Assembly: GCA_041690135.1 (NCBI GenBank)
Contig: JAWLHY010000001.1
Location: forward strand, 480,001-544,000
Origin: Armatimonadota bacterium
GTDB lineage: Bacteria > Armatimonadota > SYMT01
Direction: 5' to 3'
DNA length: 64,000 nt
Numbering within the stretch: the stretch's first letter is position 1; the number at the start of each line of letters is the position of its first letter. A program made the position numbers and the translations under genes. The notes below the pieces were generated by a model. The model saw only the letters and a program-made list of their open reading frames with translations, did no database searches and was not told where the DNA came from. Below, piece by piece: positions 30,648 through 41,290 of the stretch.

Positions 30648-32258
30648 TCACATGCGGAACACACCGGTCCGCCGGTCGGGCCACGGGGCGTTGAGGGAGG
30701 CGGAGATCCCCAGGGCCAGGACCATGCGCGTGTCCAGCGGATCGATGATGCCGTCGTCCCACAGGCGGGCCGTGCTGTAGTAAGCGCTGCTTTCCCCGGC
30801 GTAACGGTCCAGGATCGGTTGCTTGAACGCTTCTTCCTCTTCCGGGCTCATCGCCGGTTGGCCCTGGGCGGCGGACTGGTCCTTCTTGATCGTGAGCAGC
30901 ACGTTAGCCGCCTGCTCGCCGCCCATTACCGAGATCCGGGCATTCGGCCACATCCAGAGCTGCCGCGGTCCGTAGGCGCGGCCGCACATGCCGTAGTTTC
31001 CGGCCCCGAACGATCCGCCGATGACGACGGTGAACTTCGGCACGGAGGCGTTAGCGACGGCCTGGACCATCTTCGCGCCGTCCTTCGCAATGCCGCCGGT
31101 CTCGTATCGTTTGCCGACCATGAAGCCGGTGATGTTCTGGAAAAAGACCAATGGGATGCGTCGCTGTTCGCACAACTCGATGAAGTGGGTCGCCTTGAGC
31201 GCGCTCTCCGAAAAGAGGACGCCGTTGTTGGCCAGGATGCCGACGAGGTGACCCCAGATCCGCGCGAAACCGCAGACGAGCGTGGTGCCGTACAGTGCCT
31301 TGAACTCCTGGAAGCGGCTCCCGTCCACAATCCGCGCCAGGATCTCCCGCACGTCATATTGCACGCGGGGATCGGCCGGCAGGATGCCGTAGAGCTCCTC
31401 GGGATCGTAGCGCGGCTCTTCGGGCTCGGCGATGTCGAGGGGCTGTTTCTCCGGTCGATTGAGGGATTCCACGATGCCCCGGGTGATCCGGAGCGCATCC
31501 TCGTCATCCAGGGCATAGTGGTCCGCCACCCCGGAGGTCCGGCAGTGGACGTCCGCCCCGCCGAGCTCTTCCGCGGAGACTTCCTCCCCCGTGGCCGCCT
31601 TTACCAGGGGCGGGCCGCCGAGGAAGATGGTCCCCTGGTTGCGCACCATCACCGCCTCGTCGCTCATCGCCGGCACGTAGGCGCCGCCCGCAGTGCACGA
31701 GCCCATCACCACGGCGATCTGCGGCACGTTCAGCGCCGACATCCGCGCCTGGTTATAGAAGATCCGCCCGAAGTGGTCGCGGTCCGGAAACACCTCCGCC
31801 TGCAGCGGGAGGTAGGCGCCGCCCGAATCAACCAGGTAGATACACGGCAGGTGGTTCTCCAGCGCGATCTCCTGCGCCCGCAGGTGCTTCTTCACGGTGA
31901 GCGGATAATAGGTGCCCGCCTTGACCGTGGCGTCGTTGGCGACCACCATCACCTCGCGCCCGTGAACCACGCCGATCCCGATCACGATCCCCGCGGCAGG
32001 CACCTCGCCGCCGTAGAGTTCCCACGCGGCCAGCGGGCTCAGCTCTAGAAACGGACTTCCGGGATCCAGCAGGCGTTCGATGCGGTCGCGCACCAGGAGC
32101 TTGCCCCGGTCCGTGTGCTTCCGGCGAGCCGCCTCGCCGCCGCCTTCCCGGACCGTGCGCAGGCGCTCCCGGAGAGTTTCCACCTGGGCCGCCATCGCCT
32201 CTTGGTTGGCGCGGGCAACATCGTCCTGGGGGCGGTGGTGGGTAGGCAAGATTTCCAT
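30648..32258 (-). CDS. Methylcrotonyl-CoA carboxylase beta (carboxyltransferase) subunit
   Basis: [53 protein letters not shown]. Confidence 0.95.
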   Translation of the reverse strand: MEILPTHHRPQDDVARANQEAMAAQVETLRERLRTVREGGGEAARRKHTDRGKLLVRDRIERLLDPGSPFLELSPLAAWELYGGEVPAAGIVIGIGVVHGREVMVVANDATVKAGTYYPLTVKKHLRAQEIALENHLPCIYLVDSGGAYLPLQAEVFPDRDHFGRIFYNQARMSALNVPQIAVVMGSCTAGGAYVPAMSDEAVMVRNQGTIFLGGPPLVKAATGEEVSAEELGGADVHCRTSGVADHYALDDEDALRITRGIVESLNRPEKQPLDIAEPEEPRYDPEELYGILPADPRVQYDVREILARIVDGSRFQEFKALYGTTLVCGFARIWGHLVGILANNGVLFSESALKATHFIELCEQRRIPLVFFQNITGFMVGKRYETGGIAKDGAKMVQAVANASVPKFTVVIGGSFGAGNYGMCGRAYGPRQLWMWPNARISVMGGEQAANVLLTIKKDQSAAQGQPAMSPEEEEAFKQPILDRYAGESSAYYSTARLWDDGIIDPLDTRMVLALGISASLNAPWPDRRTGVFRM

Positions 32259-32342
32259 GCAGGTGTGCTCGTGTGACGCTCTATCAAGGGGATTATACCG
32301 GGACTGCGGGGTTCATAGACCTGGGATCGGCAGGCACTTCGG

Positions 32343-33119
32343 TCACTTCTGCCTCGGCCACTCCTTGAGGAACGGAGCAATCCCCTCCACGAACGCCTCC
32401 GGGTGACTCAGGTGCGCGGCGTGCGCGCCGGGGACGGTCACCGTCCGGGCGTGCGGAAGAGCCGCGGCCGTCGCTCGCACCCGCGCCTCCGTTACCACCG
32501 TATCCCGTTCTCCGCGGAGGACCAGCACCGGCTGTTGGATGCCGGGCAGCAACACCTCCGCCGGACACTTCAATTGCTCCGCCAGGATGCGCAGGAGGCG
32601 CTGCGGTCCGCAGCGGAAGTAGTCCGGCAGGATCGCCCCGAACACCAGAAGCGGCTCGCGGGGCGCGTCCACGGCGGCGGCGAACAGTTGGGCCGTCAGG
32701 GAGTCGAGGTGCGGCAGTCCGGAGGGCGCCGCCAACACCAGCCGTTCGACCTGGGTGCGCCGGAAGGCAGTGGTGAGCACCGATATCTCGCACCCGACGG
32801 ACTGTCCCACCAGCGAGCACTGGTGGATTCCCACCGCGTCCAGCCAGTGCGCCAGGTGCCGCGCGAGCCGCGGCAGTTCCGGAGGCCAGTCCGGGTTCTG
32901 GCTTTGCCCAAAGCCGGGGAAATCGAGCGCGTGGACCCGGAACGGACCCGCCGCCGCAAGCAGTCGCTGCGCCGGCAGCCAGTAGCGACTGGAAACCCCG
33001 GCCCCGTGGACCAACACCACGTCGGGGCCTTCCCCTACCACGCGGGAGAAGGTACGCAGGCCGTCCACGACATGGATCCGCTCTTCTTCACCCGGCACCC
33101 TCGCCAGCGTGCTTCCCAT
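32343..33119 (-). CDS. Alpha/beta fold hydrolase
   Basis: VLVHGAG, DFPGFGQS, GQSVG nucleophile elbow, GAHAAH. Confidence 0.85.
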   Translation of the reverse strand: MGSTLARVPGEEERIHVVDGLRTFSRVVGEGPDVVLVHGAGVSSRYWLPAQRLLAAAGPFRVHALDFPGFGQSQNPDWPPELPRLARHLAHWLDAVGIHQCSLVGQSVGCEISVLTTAFRRTQVERLVLAAPSGLPHLDSLTAQLFAAAVDAPREPLLVFGAILPDYFRCGPQRLLRILAEQLKCPAEVLLPGIQQPVLVLRGERDTVVTEARVRATAAALPHARTVTVPGAHAAHLSHPEAFVEGIAPFLKEWPRQK

Positions 33120-33497
33120 ACTCTCGTGATACCCCTTTGCTCGGCCGCATTCGCCCCAGATCCAAGCCCAGCCGTTGAAGGAGTGCCCGTGCCAAGGGAT
33201 ATCGCCGGTACTCCCTCCGGGCACTCTACTCCGCCGTCGGCGTCCGCTCCAAGGAACCCCCAAACGCTGAAACGAATGAACACACCGGAACCCTGTCTCC
33301 GCGGCAGCAAATTGGCGACTAAAAGTCGCAAGCTGAAAAGACGCGAAGTCGGCCTGCGCCGACTGGTGCAGTTCCGGCCATTCGCCAAACCATACAACAT
33401 ACCGCCGAGTGCACGTGCCACGTCTCTGCGCGGAGGCCGGCGTCGTGCCGCCTCGTTCGTCAGTATTACGAGCAATTACGCATTACACACTACGCCC

Positions 33498-34598
33498 ATG
33501 ATCGACCTCAACCTCGACATTCTGCCTCATCGCCCACCGAGCGCCGACTACGGGATCGGCGCCATAGGGGCCGGCTTTATCGTGCGCGACTGCCACCTCC
33601 TGGCGTACCAGAACGCGGGATTCCGGCGCGTGGCCATCGCTTCCCGCACCCGGTCCTCCGCCGAAGAGGCTGCTCGCCTTCGGGGCGTGGAGCGGGTCTA
33701 CGACACCTGGCAGGAGATGGTCCGCGATCCCGAAGTGGAGATCGTCGACCTGGGGGTCCCGCCCGATGAACAGCCCGCCATCATCCGGTGGCTGGCGGAG
33801 CACCGGCCGCCCCAGTTGAAGGGAATCCTGGCCCAGAAGCCGCTGGCGATGGACTACTCCCAGGCCGCCGAACTGGTGCGCGCCTGCCGCGAGGCCGGGA
33901 TCAAGCTTGGCGTCAACCAGAACATGCGGTACGACCAGTCGATCCGCGCGCTCAAGTCGGTGCTGGACCGCGGCTACCTGGGAGAGCCGGTCCTCGGCAC
34001 CCTGGAGATGCGCGCCATTCCGCACTGGATGCCGTGGCAGGAGCGGATGGGGTGGATCACCCTGCGGATCATGTCGATCCATCACCTGGATACCTTCCGC
34101 TACCTCTTCGGTGACCCGGAGCGCATCTTCTGCAGCGTGCGCCAGGACCCGCGGACCCGCTTTCCCCACCGGGACGGCATCTGTCTCTACATCCTGGAGT
34201 ATGCGAATGGCCTCCGCTGCTCGGGTTGGGACGACGTCTGGGCGGGCCCTGCCAAAGAAGGGGGAGAGACGGATATCTACATCAAATGGAGGGTGGAGGG
34301 AACGGAGGGGATGGCCGATGGAACCATCGGCTGGCCGCGGTACCCGGAGCCGACCCCCAGCACCCTACGGTTCAGCACGCTCCGCGAGCCGGGCCGCTGG
34401 TTCGAGCCGCGCTGGCCGCAGGTATGGTTTCCCGACGCTTTCGAGGGCCCTATGGCCCAGTTGATGGCGGCCATTTACCACGATACGGAGCCGGAGATCG
34501 GCGGCGAGGACAACCTCCGCACCATGGCGCTGGTCGACGCGGCCTATCGCAGCGTGGAAGAGCGCCGTTCGGTTGCAGTGGCAGAGATCCTGGAGTAG
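33498..34598 (+). CDS. Gfo/Idh/MocA oxidoreductase
   Basis: IGAIGAGFI, LAQKPL, VNQNMRYD, IHHLD; ATG at 33498. Confidence 0.88.
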   Translation: MIDLNLDILPHRPPSADYGIGAIGAGFIVRDCHLLAYQNAGFRRVAIASRTRSSAEEAARLRGVERVYDTWQEMVRDPEVEIVDLGVPPDEQPAIIRWLAEHRPPQLKGILAQKPLAMDYSQAAELVRACREAGIKLGVNQNMRYDQSIRALKSVLDRGYLGEPVLGTLEMRAIPHWMPWQERMGWITLRIMSIHHLDTFRYLFGDPERIFCSVRQDPRTRFPHRDGICLYILEYANGLRCSGWDDVWAGPAKEGGETDIYIKWRVEGTEGMADGTIGWPRYPEPTPSTLRFSTLREPGRWFEPRWPQVWFPDAFEGPMAQLMAAIYHDTEPEIGGEDNLRTMALVDAAYRSVEERRSVAVAEILE

Positions 34599-34619
34599 GA
34601 TGGGAGAAGCCATCCAACA

Positions 34620-35702
34620 TTGAGCCAACTTCAGATGAAAGTCCGCAGCGTCTACATTCGGGATTTCCGCAGTTTCCGGGGAGAGAACACGATTTCGTTC
34701 GTCGATCCTCTCACGGATAACCCGTTCCCGCTCTCCGTGCTTTCCGGTGTGAACGGCTCCGGTAAGACAACCGTGCTCGACGGGATAGCGGCTGCCTGGA
34801 AGCTGGCGCAGTGCCCGGATGACACGGACCCGTTTGTAAAGTCGCTGCTTGCGACGGGTTTGATCTGCGTAGAGTTTGAAGGGCATATAGATGGCGTTGA
34901 GGGGAAGCAGCGTGCATTCGTAGCCCTGGGTAGCGAAGCCCTGATTCCGGAAGACCACGAAGCCCGTTGGCCTGACCTCTTTGCGATTCTGGCAGGGCCA
35001 CAAGGCGACCGCCGGAAAGTCGCCTTCGGAACTCCTCGTCAGGTCGGCGATCGGGCTCCTGTCTGGTTCAAGGACCTACTCAACAGCACCCGAGCGGGAG
35101 GGCTACTCTACTTCCCTGGCGAGCGACGCTTGAGCCCGGGTAAGGGCGGTCCCATCGAGGCTCCGCCGGAGATCTCTCGCTTCGATGCGCGAGTCGGAGA
35201 CCTGGATGGCTGGCAAGGCAGTCTGGAGCAGTACTGGGTCTGGCTCAATTATCTGGACCTGGAAGAGGGGAAGTTGCCGGGCGAGCGGCTCTCGCCTTTC
35301 ATCGAGCGTCTAAGCTCGCTCCTGGGTCGAGGTCGACAGCTCTACGTTCGCAAAGGTCGGATTTACGTTGCTTCCGGCCGTGCGGACCAGCCCGATGCCC
35401 GGATGGACGAACTTCCGTCCGGTGAGAAGCAGATCCTTCTCATGGTTGGTGAATTGATCCGCAGGATGCGGCCAGGGATGGCTTGTCTCATAGACGAGCC
35501 AGAGGCGAGCTTGCATTCGGCGCTCCAGCATGCGCTGATCTTCCAGTTACGAAAGTGCGCTTTGGAGAGCGATATTCAGTTCATACTTGCCACGCACTCC
35601 CTGGAGATCGTTCAAGCACTACCCACCTCCGTGGTTTTCCTCGACCATCTGATCCGGACGACCTCGCCCTATCCTTCCATCCACCACGAGGCGGCAGCCT
35701 GA
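34620..35702 (+). CDS. ABC-type (AAA_15/AAA_21) ATPase, AriA-like
   Basis: IRDFRSF, GVNGSGKTT, LPSGEKQ signature, LIDEPEASLH, ILATHS. Confidence 0.85.
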   Translation: MSQLQMKVRSVYIRDFRSFRGENTISFVDPLTDNPFPLSVLSGVNGSGKTTVLDGIAAAWKLAQCPDDTDPFVKSLLATGLICVEFEGHIDGVEGKQRAFVALGSEALIPEDHEARWPDLFAILAGPQGDRRKVAFGTPRQVGDRAPVWFKDLLNSTRAGGLLYFPGERRLSPGKGGPIEAPPEISRFDARVGDLDGWQGSLEQYWVWLNYLDLEEGKLPGERLSPFIERLSSLLGRGRQLYVRKGRIYVASGRADQPDARMDELPSGEKQILLMVGELIRRMRPGMACLIDEPEASLHSALQHALIFQLRKCALESDIQFILATHSLEIVQALPTSVVFLDHLIRTTSPYPSIHHEAAA

Positions 35703-35705
35703 ACG

Positions 35706-36548
35706 ATGCCGTTTGCCTCTCCCGACAAAGCGACACTCCTTCAGCAGGTGGGGTCGGCGGTTGCCGTGTTGGTGGAAGGGGAGGAGGTGGGTGGAGACGC
35801 CTGGATCTACGGCGATAAGTGGTTCGGGGCGCGGTCTCTTGAAGTGAGATTCCTACCCCAAGGTCGCTGGGGTGGCGTCGTGGAGGCCGTAGCTCGACTG
35901 CGGAGAGAGCCGCCGCCACATCCCGTCTTTGGGATCATTGATCGGGACTGCACTCCGGACGGCGAGCTGGCGGATCTGGAGCCTCAGGGCATTTTCCGGG
36001 TTCCGCGCTATTCCGTGGAAAACTACCTGCTCGATCCACACTGTTGGTGGCAGGTGTTCCGGATCATGACGGATCACCGTGGCGGACTTCCACCAACCTG
36101 GGCAAGTGCCACGGAAGTAGCTGCAAAGATCGAACGGTGCTACCAGGAATGTGTAGACCTCGCAGCATTCAATCGCGTGGTGGGGCTCACGAAGCGCTCG
36201 AACCCGGATTACCCTGATACTCCGATCTACATGCGAAACCCGCGAGATTCTCGCGATCCAGAGGGAGTGCTGGCAAGCTGGCAACACCGATGTGGTCAAC
36301 CATCCTGCCTCTCGACCGAGTTTCAGCTGGAGAAGCAACGCCTTCGCGCCGCAGCCAATCCGGAACTCGACCGCTGCATCGATGGCAAGCTAGTGATAGA
36401 GGCACTACTACGACGCTTCAACAACGAGGTCAACCCACAGCCCCAGGCCTCTCGAGGGCCCTACCTGAGCTACTACCTCGACAAGTGCCCCCATCCACCC
36501 GAAGAAGTCTGCGCACTGCTTGACCGAATTCTTGCAGAAGTGCAGTAA
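35706..36548 (+). CDS. TOPRIM-like (DUF4435-type) protein, AriB-like
   Basis: VLVEGE...D, FGIIDRD (DxD), YSVENYL, DGK; 3 bp downstream of the ATPase. Confidence 0.7.
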   Translation: MPFASPDKATLLQQVGSAVAVLVEGEEVGGDAWIYGDKWFGARSLEVRFLPQGRWGGVVEAVARLRREPPPHPVFGIIDRDCTPDGELADLEPQGIFRVPRYSVENYLLDPHCWWQVFRIMTDHRGGLPPTWASATEVAAKIERCYQECVDLAAFNRVVGLTKRSNPDYPDTPIYMRNPRDSRDPEGVLASWQHRCGQPSCLSTEFQLEKQRLRAAANPELDRCIDGKLVIEALLRRFNNEVNPQPQASRGPYLSYYLDKCPHPPEEVCALLDRILAEVQ

Positions 36549-36667
36549 GCGAGCCTCCCAGAGACCTGTAACGACCGGGCCCATCCGAACGCCTAATAGA
36601 GGTAACAAGAGGCGGCACGGACAGTTGGGGATTAGATCGAACCCCCGATTGTGGTGGGATTGACACG

Positions 36668-38068
36668 ATGCTGGAGATACAGGGTCCGGGAGTACGGTTG
36701 TGTGACGGGGTGTCGCGCCGCACCCTGATTCAGGCGGGCGGGATCTCCTCACTGGGCCTCTCGCTGCCGCAGCTCTTCGCGGCCCGGGCGGAAGCGGCGC
36801 CGAATTCCGATCCGACGGCCGTGCCGGCCTCCCGCCCGCGCGCGGATCGGGATCTCAACTGCATCATGATCTGGCTGTGGGGTGCCCCCTCCCACCTCGA
36901 CACCTGGGACATGAAGCCGGACCAGAGCGAGGAGATTCGCGGGATGTGGCGGCCGATCTCCAGCGGCATCCCCGGAATGGAGGTGTGTGAGCACCTGCCG
37001 CGCTTCGCGAAGCAGATGCGGCGTATCGTCCAGGTCCGGACCATGCACAACGATGCGCCGGACCACCCCGAGGGCGCCTCAATTGCCCTTTCCGGGTTCA
37101 AGTTCGTTCCGGGCAAGCCGGACAAGGAAGGCCCCCACCTCGGGTCGGTGATCGCCAGATTTGCCCGCCCGGCTTCCTCGCTTCCCCAGTACGTGGTACT
37201 CGGGCGAGAGTTGTGGGACAACGGCGCCCGCGTTCCGGGCCAGTACGGCGGCTTCCTCGGGGGCGCCTACGCCCCATTCCGGATCGAAGACCCACGGGCC
37301 GGCGTGGAAAACTTCCCCTCGCTGAAACTGCCCGAGGGGATCACCCCCAGCCGGTTCGGCCGGCGCGACCTGATGCGCCGGATGCTGGACGACTTCCATC
37401 GCCGGGTCGAGACCCGCGACACCCGCTCCTTCGATGGCAGCGTCGAACAGGCCCTGGGTCTGCTGACCTCGCCCGATGCGAAGAAGGCATTCGACCTGAC
37501 GGAGGAGCCGCCGAAGCTTCGCGCCCGCTACGGGGAAACGTTCTTCGGCCAGAGTTGCCTGGCCGCGCGGCGGCTGGTGGAGGCGGGCGTCCGGTACGTG
37601 CAGGTGAACTGGAGCCGGCACCCCGGCGCCGACGGGCTGGAGGGGTGGGACGTCCACGGCGAGTTCGGCGGCTTTCTCACTGACTACCCCAAGAAGCAAT
37701 TCCCGAACTTCGACCAGACCGCCTCCACATTCCTGGACGACATGGCGGACCGGGGCTTGCTGGAGAACACGCTGGTGATCTTCGGCACGGAGTTCGGTCG
37801 AAGCCCCAAGATCAACAAGTGGGGCGGACGGGACCACTGGTCGTCCTGCTACACGGTGATGTTCGCGGGGGCCGGAATCGAAGGCGGCCGCTTCATCGGC
37901 GACAGCGATGCCCAGGGCGCCTACCCCGCCACGGAAGCTTACGGTCCCCGGAATATGCTGATGAGCGTCTACCAGCACCTCGGCCTCGACACGGCCAAAA
38001 CCCTCCGCGAGGCGGGCATCGTTGATCAGGATGCCCCCATCCGCGGCCTCTTCGGCAACCAGGGCTGA
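36668..38068 (+). CDS. DUF1501 domain protein with twin-arginine motif
   Basis: CDGVSRRTLIQAG, GAPSHLDTWDMKP, GQSCLAARRLVEAGV, EFGRSP, GRDHW. Confidence 0.9.
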   Translation: MLEIQGPGVRLCDGVSRRTLIQAGGISSLGLSLPQLFAARAEAAPNSDPTAVPASRPRADRDLNCIMIWLWGAPSHLDTWDMKPDQSEEIRGMWRPISSGIPGMEVCEHLPRFAKQMRRIVQVRTMHNDAPDHPEGASIALSGFKFVPGKPDKEGPHLGSVIARFARPASSLPQYVVLGRELWDNGARVPGQYGGFLGGAYAPFRIEDPRAGVENFPSLKLPEGITPSRFGRRDLMRRMLDDFHRRVETRDTRSFDGSVEQALGLLTSPDAKKAFDLTEEPPKLRARYGETFFGQSCLAARRLVEAGVRYVQVNWSRHPGADGLEGWDVHGEFGGFLTDYPKKQFPNFDQTASTFLDDMADRGLLENTLVIFGTEFGRSPKINKWGGRDHWSSCYTVMFAGAGIEGGRFIGDSDAQGAYPATEAYGPRNMLMSVYQHLGLDTAKTLREAGIVDQDAPIRGLFGNQG

Positions 38069-38196
38069 CCCACGGCGTGAAGGCGCCCATTGAAATCTCC
38101 GGTTGCTCGTCCGATGAATAAGGAAAGTGTCTGCGCCGCCCTCGTTTATAGGGGCGGCGTTCGCCTTTCATCCGGTTAGAGCCCCGAGAGGAAACC

Positions 38197-39114
38197 ATGA
38201 AAAGGTTCGTTAGTCGCCGAGTTGTCCTGTTGTGGTCCGCCTGCGTGGCGGCATCGCTGATGGTGGTCCATGCAGCCCCGGCCGCCCCGGAGTTGCCTGC
38301 GGTTCCGCTGGTCATCTCCGCCGACGAGGGAGTCGCGGCGGTCAGCCTCGCTCCCGCGAGCGTTTCCGCAAGCGGTCTGGAGAACACCCGGCGGCCGACC
38401 CGTCGCGACGAAGCGCGCACGGCCCCGAAGCTCCAGAGCTTTGTGTCTCAACTGCTCGGGGAGAACACCGGCACTTTCTCTTCCGGACGCCGTACCCAGC
38501 GACGGGTCCGGGAGGCGAACCGCTTCGTGAGCCAGCTTTTCCGCAAAGTGCTCAACAGCCAGATCAACCCACGGCGGCGACGCGCCCCGGCGGCGGGTGG
38601 CAACCTGTCGGTTCTGGCGGTGGCTTCCGTCGTGACCGCGGCCGGCCTCACCCTGGAAGAAGACGTGTCTCTCGACTTCACGCTCAACACCCAGGGCTAT
38701 CACGCCGATCTGACCCAGCAGTACCAGCGGACCACGGAGGCGGGCGCCAGCCTCCAGGTGGACTACACCCCACTGCCGGCCCAGGATGCCGTGGATGGTT
38801 CCCTCGTCGCCGCGTTCATCCGGGAAAGCACCACCCCCACCACGGGCGTTCTGGTCTTGATCGCCTTAGATAGCGGGCTGCCGGCGCTCCTGGAGACCTA
38901 CGGGGTCGCCAACGAGACGGTCAGCGAGAGGGCGATTACCCTCCCGTATGACCTGTCCCTGACCGGTTCCGCGAACGGCACGCTCACCGCCCCGTCCCCC
39001 TCATTCGACGATGTCTACTACGCGAAAGCGGATGTGCTGGGCATCGCGGTCCCACCGACGCTCGCGGAGCAGGTGGAAGCCCTGGTCGGCCGCCTCGGCG
39101 AAGGCGTAGAGTAG
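38197..39114 (+). CDS. Hypothetical secreted protein
   Basis: GAGG RBS, signal peptide-like N-terminus, host-like codon usage. Confidence 0.6.
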   Translation: MKRFVSRRVVLLWSACVAASLMVVHAAPAAPELPAVPLVISADEGVAAVSLAPASVSASGLENTRRPTRRDEARTAPKLQSFVSQLLGENTGTFSSGRRTQRRVREANRFVSQLFRKVLNSQINPRRRRAPAAGGNLSVLAVASVVTAAGLTLEEDVSLDFTLNTQGYHADLTQQYQRTTEAGASLQVDYTPLPAQDAVDGSLVAAFIRESTTPTTGVLVLIALDSGLPALLETYGVANETVSERAITLPYDLSLTGSANGTLTAPSPSFDDVYYAKADVLGIAVPPTLAEQVEALVGRLGEGVE

Positions 39115-39210
39115 GCAAACCCCCGCTTGCCGGGAAGGGAAATCCTGCCGGCACGCCCAACGAAGAGGGCGTATTCGTCCGCTGGGCGCGCCGACAGGAG
39201 TATCCCGACC

Positions 39211-40383
39211 GTGACCGAGATCAACAGCGACTGGAATCCCCCGCAGCGTATTCTGATGGGCCCCGGCCCAAGCAACGTCCACCCTCGCGTACTCCAGGCG
39301 ATGGCGCAGTGGACCGTCGGGCACCTCGACCCGGCGTTCCTGGCGCTGATGGACGAGACGATGGCCCTGCAGCGGCAGGTGATGCGTACGCAAAACCCCG
39401 TCACCTTCCCCGTGTCCGGTACCGGCAGCGCCGGGATGGAAGCCACCTTCGTCAACCTCCTGGAGCCGGGCGACCGGGTCGTTGTGGGGGTCAACGGCGT
39501 GTTCGGCGAGCGGATGTGCGATGTCGCCTCCCGCTGCGGCGCCGAAGTGCGGCGAGTGGAGTCGCCCTGGGGCCGGATTCTCGACGCGGCCGAAATGGCC
39601 GCCGCCATCCGGGAGACTTCTCCGAAACTCGTGGCCGTGGTCCACGCCGAAACCTCTACCGGCGTCCGCCAGCCCCTGGAGGAGATCGAGCAGGCCACCC
39701 ATGCGGCGGGCGGCCTCTTGCTGGTCGACTGCGTCACCTCCCTGGGGGGCGTGGACCTGCGGATCGACGAGTGGAAGATCGACGTGGCGTACAGCGGCAC
39801 GCAGAAGTGCCTCTCCTGCCCGCCGGGCCTCTCGCCCGTCACCTTCGGCGAGCGAGCCCTGGAAGCGTTCGACGCGCGTAAGAGCAAGGTCCAGAGCTGG
39901 TACCTCGATATCGGCATGATCCGCCGCTACTGGGGCGGCGAGCGTCTCTACCACCACACCGCGCCCATCAACGCGATGTACGGCCTGCGGGAAGCACTGC
40001 GCCTGATCGTGGAAGAGGGCCTGGAGAACCGCATCGAGCGTCACTCCCGCAACGCGCGCGCCCTCCACGCCGGCATCGAGGCGATGGGGCTGCAGCTCTT
40101 CGCGCAAGAGGGATATCGACTGCCGACGCTGACCACCGTCTCCGTGCCCGAGGGGTGCGACGAGGCGGCGGTGCGGGCCGCCCTGCTCCAGGAGTTCAAC
40201 CTGGAAGTGGGTGGGGGGCTCGGGCCAATCAAGGGGAAGGTGTGGCGCGTCGGCCTGATGGGGGAAACCAGCAGCCCGCGCAACGTCTTCTACTTCCTCT
40301 CCTGCCTGGAGCGCCTCCTGAAGCGCCAGGGCATCGCCGTCGATAGTGGTCTCGCCGCCGCCCAGGCAGCCCTGGGAGAATAG
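39211..40383 (+). CDS. Alanine-glyoxylate / serine-pyruvate aminotransferase (class V)
   Basis: LMGPGPSN, HAETSTG, DCVTSLGG, SGTQKCL, YHHTAP. Confidence 0.93.
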   Translation: MTEINSDWNPPQRILMGPGPSNVHPRVLQAMAQWTVGHLDPAFLALMDETMALQRQVMRTQNPVTFPVSGTGSAGMEATFVNLLEPGDRVVVGVNGVFGERMCDVASRCGAEVRRVESPWGRILDAAEMAAAIRETSPKLVAVVHAETSTGVRQPLEEIEQATHAAGGLLLVDCVTSLGGVDLRIDEWKIDVAYSGTQKCLSCPPGLSPVTFGERALEAFDARKSKVQSWYLDIGMIRRYWGGERLYHHTAPINAMYGLREALRLIVEEGLENRIERHSRNARALHAGIEAMGLQLFAQEGYRLPTLTTVSVPEGCDEAAVRAALLQEFNLEVGGGLGPIKGKVWRVGLMGETSSPRNVFYFLSCLERLLKRQGIAVDSGLAAAQAALGE

Positions 40384-40417
40384 GCGTACCACCTTCGACC
40401 TATCCGCCAACTCGCAG

Positions 40418-40453
40418 TCTCCAGGGGAAACTTCCGTCTCGTTCCCCTGGAGA
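40418..40453 (+). terminator. Stem-loop downstream of the aminotransferase
   Basis: tctccaggggaa / ttcccctggaga 12-bp stem; weak U-tract. Confidence 0.5.
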
Positions 40454-40832
40454 TTGTGGAGCGGCGGTAAACCAGAACCTCTCTTCACCAGCCGGTCCTC
40501 AGGTCGCCCGACATCCCACCGGAGTGAAGGCGAACGGCAACATCTAGAGCGACTCCAGCGAAGTGCAGCCGCTCAACTTCGTTGAATGCCGCCCCGTTTA
40601 CTCCCACGCTTCCAGGGGAACTCCAGGGAAGACTTGGGGATGATAGGGCCGCATGCCGCCGGCGGGGGCGAGGAGTCCGACACCCTGGATGACACGGGAG
40701 CCGCGGCCCGGAACCGGGGGACGGCTTCTAGCCATCCAAGACGGTTCGCTGACGATCGCCATGGCGTCAACGGGACGTTGCTATAGGGGTCTGGGAGTCG
40801 GTAAGGACAGAAATCGGGGAACGGAGGTCAGG

Positions 40833-41075
40833 ATGATGCAACTGGACGCAGTCAGTGATCGCTTGCGGGGTGCCCTGCGCGAGGCGCCGGAACTCAATGG
40901 AGAGCGCCACGCCCGGGCCTGGGGACAGGGTGAGCAGTACCTCGCCACCGCAGCGGACGGCTCCGTGCGGATCTGCCGTGCGGCGCCGCCGCCGGTGGGG
41001 GTGGTCGAGGAAGAGATCGACTCCGAACCCACCGGCCTGGAATGGCAGCCGATGGGAGAGGCGGACATCGCCTGA
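40833..41075 (+). CDS. Small hypothetical protein (80 aa)
   Basis: GGAGGT RBS before ATG; MMQLDAVSDRLRG...WQPMGEADIA. Confidence 0.5.
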   Translation: MMQLDAVSDRLRGALREAPELNGERHARAWGQGEQYLATAADGSVRICRAAPPPVGVVEEEIDSEPTGLEWQPMGEADIA

Positions 41076-41290
41076 CCCTTCAAAGGTGAAGAGCGCGCGG
41101 CCCGGGTAGGTGCGGATGTCGTCTTCACTGGCATCCGCACCTGCCCGGGCCGCGCGCCCATGGTCGACGGGCCGTGCGCCCCTACGCGATGCTTGGGAGC
41201 GTCGTGATCGGAGTCTTCGATCGGACAGAGCTGTTTCGCAGCCCCTTGTTTCGCGCATCGCCCATCCGGCCGCCGTTTACTTTACTTCCC

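Noticed and set aside
32403-33497. N-terminal extension of the 731-aa ORF (likewise 42309-42620 and 25085-25300)
   Set aside because: These overlap opposite-strand genes or intergenic DNA; the real starts are 33498, 42621 and 25301
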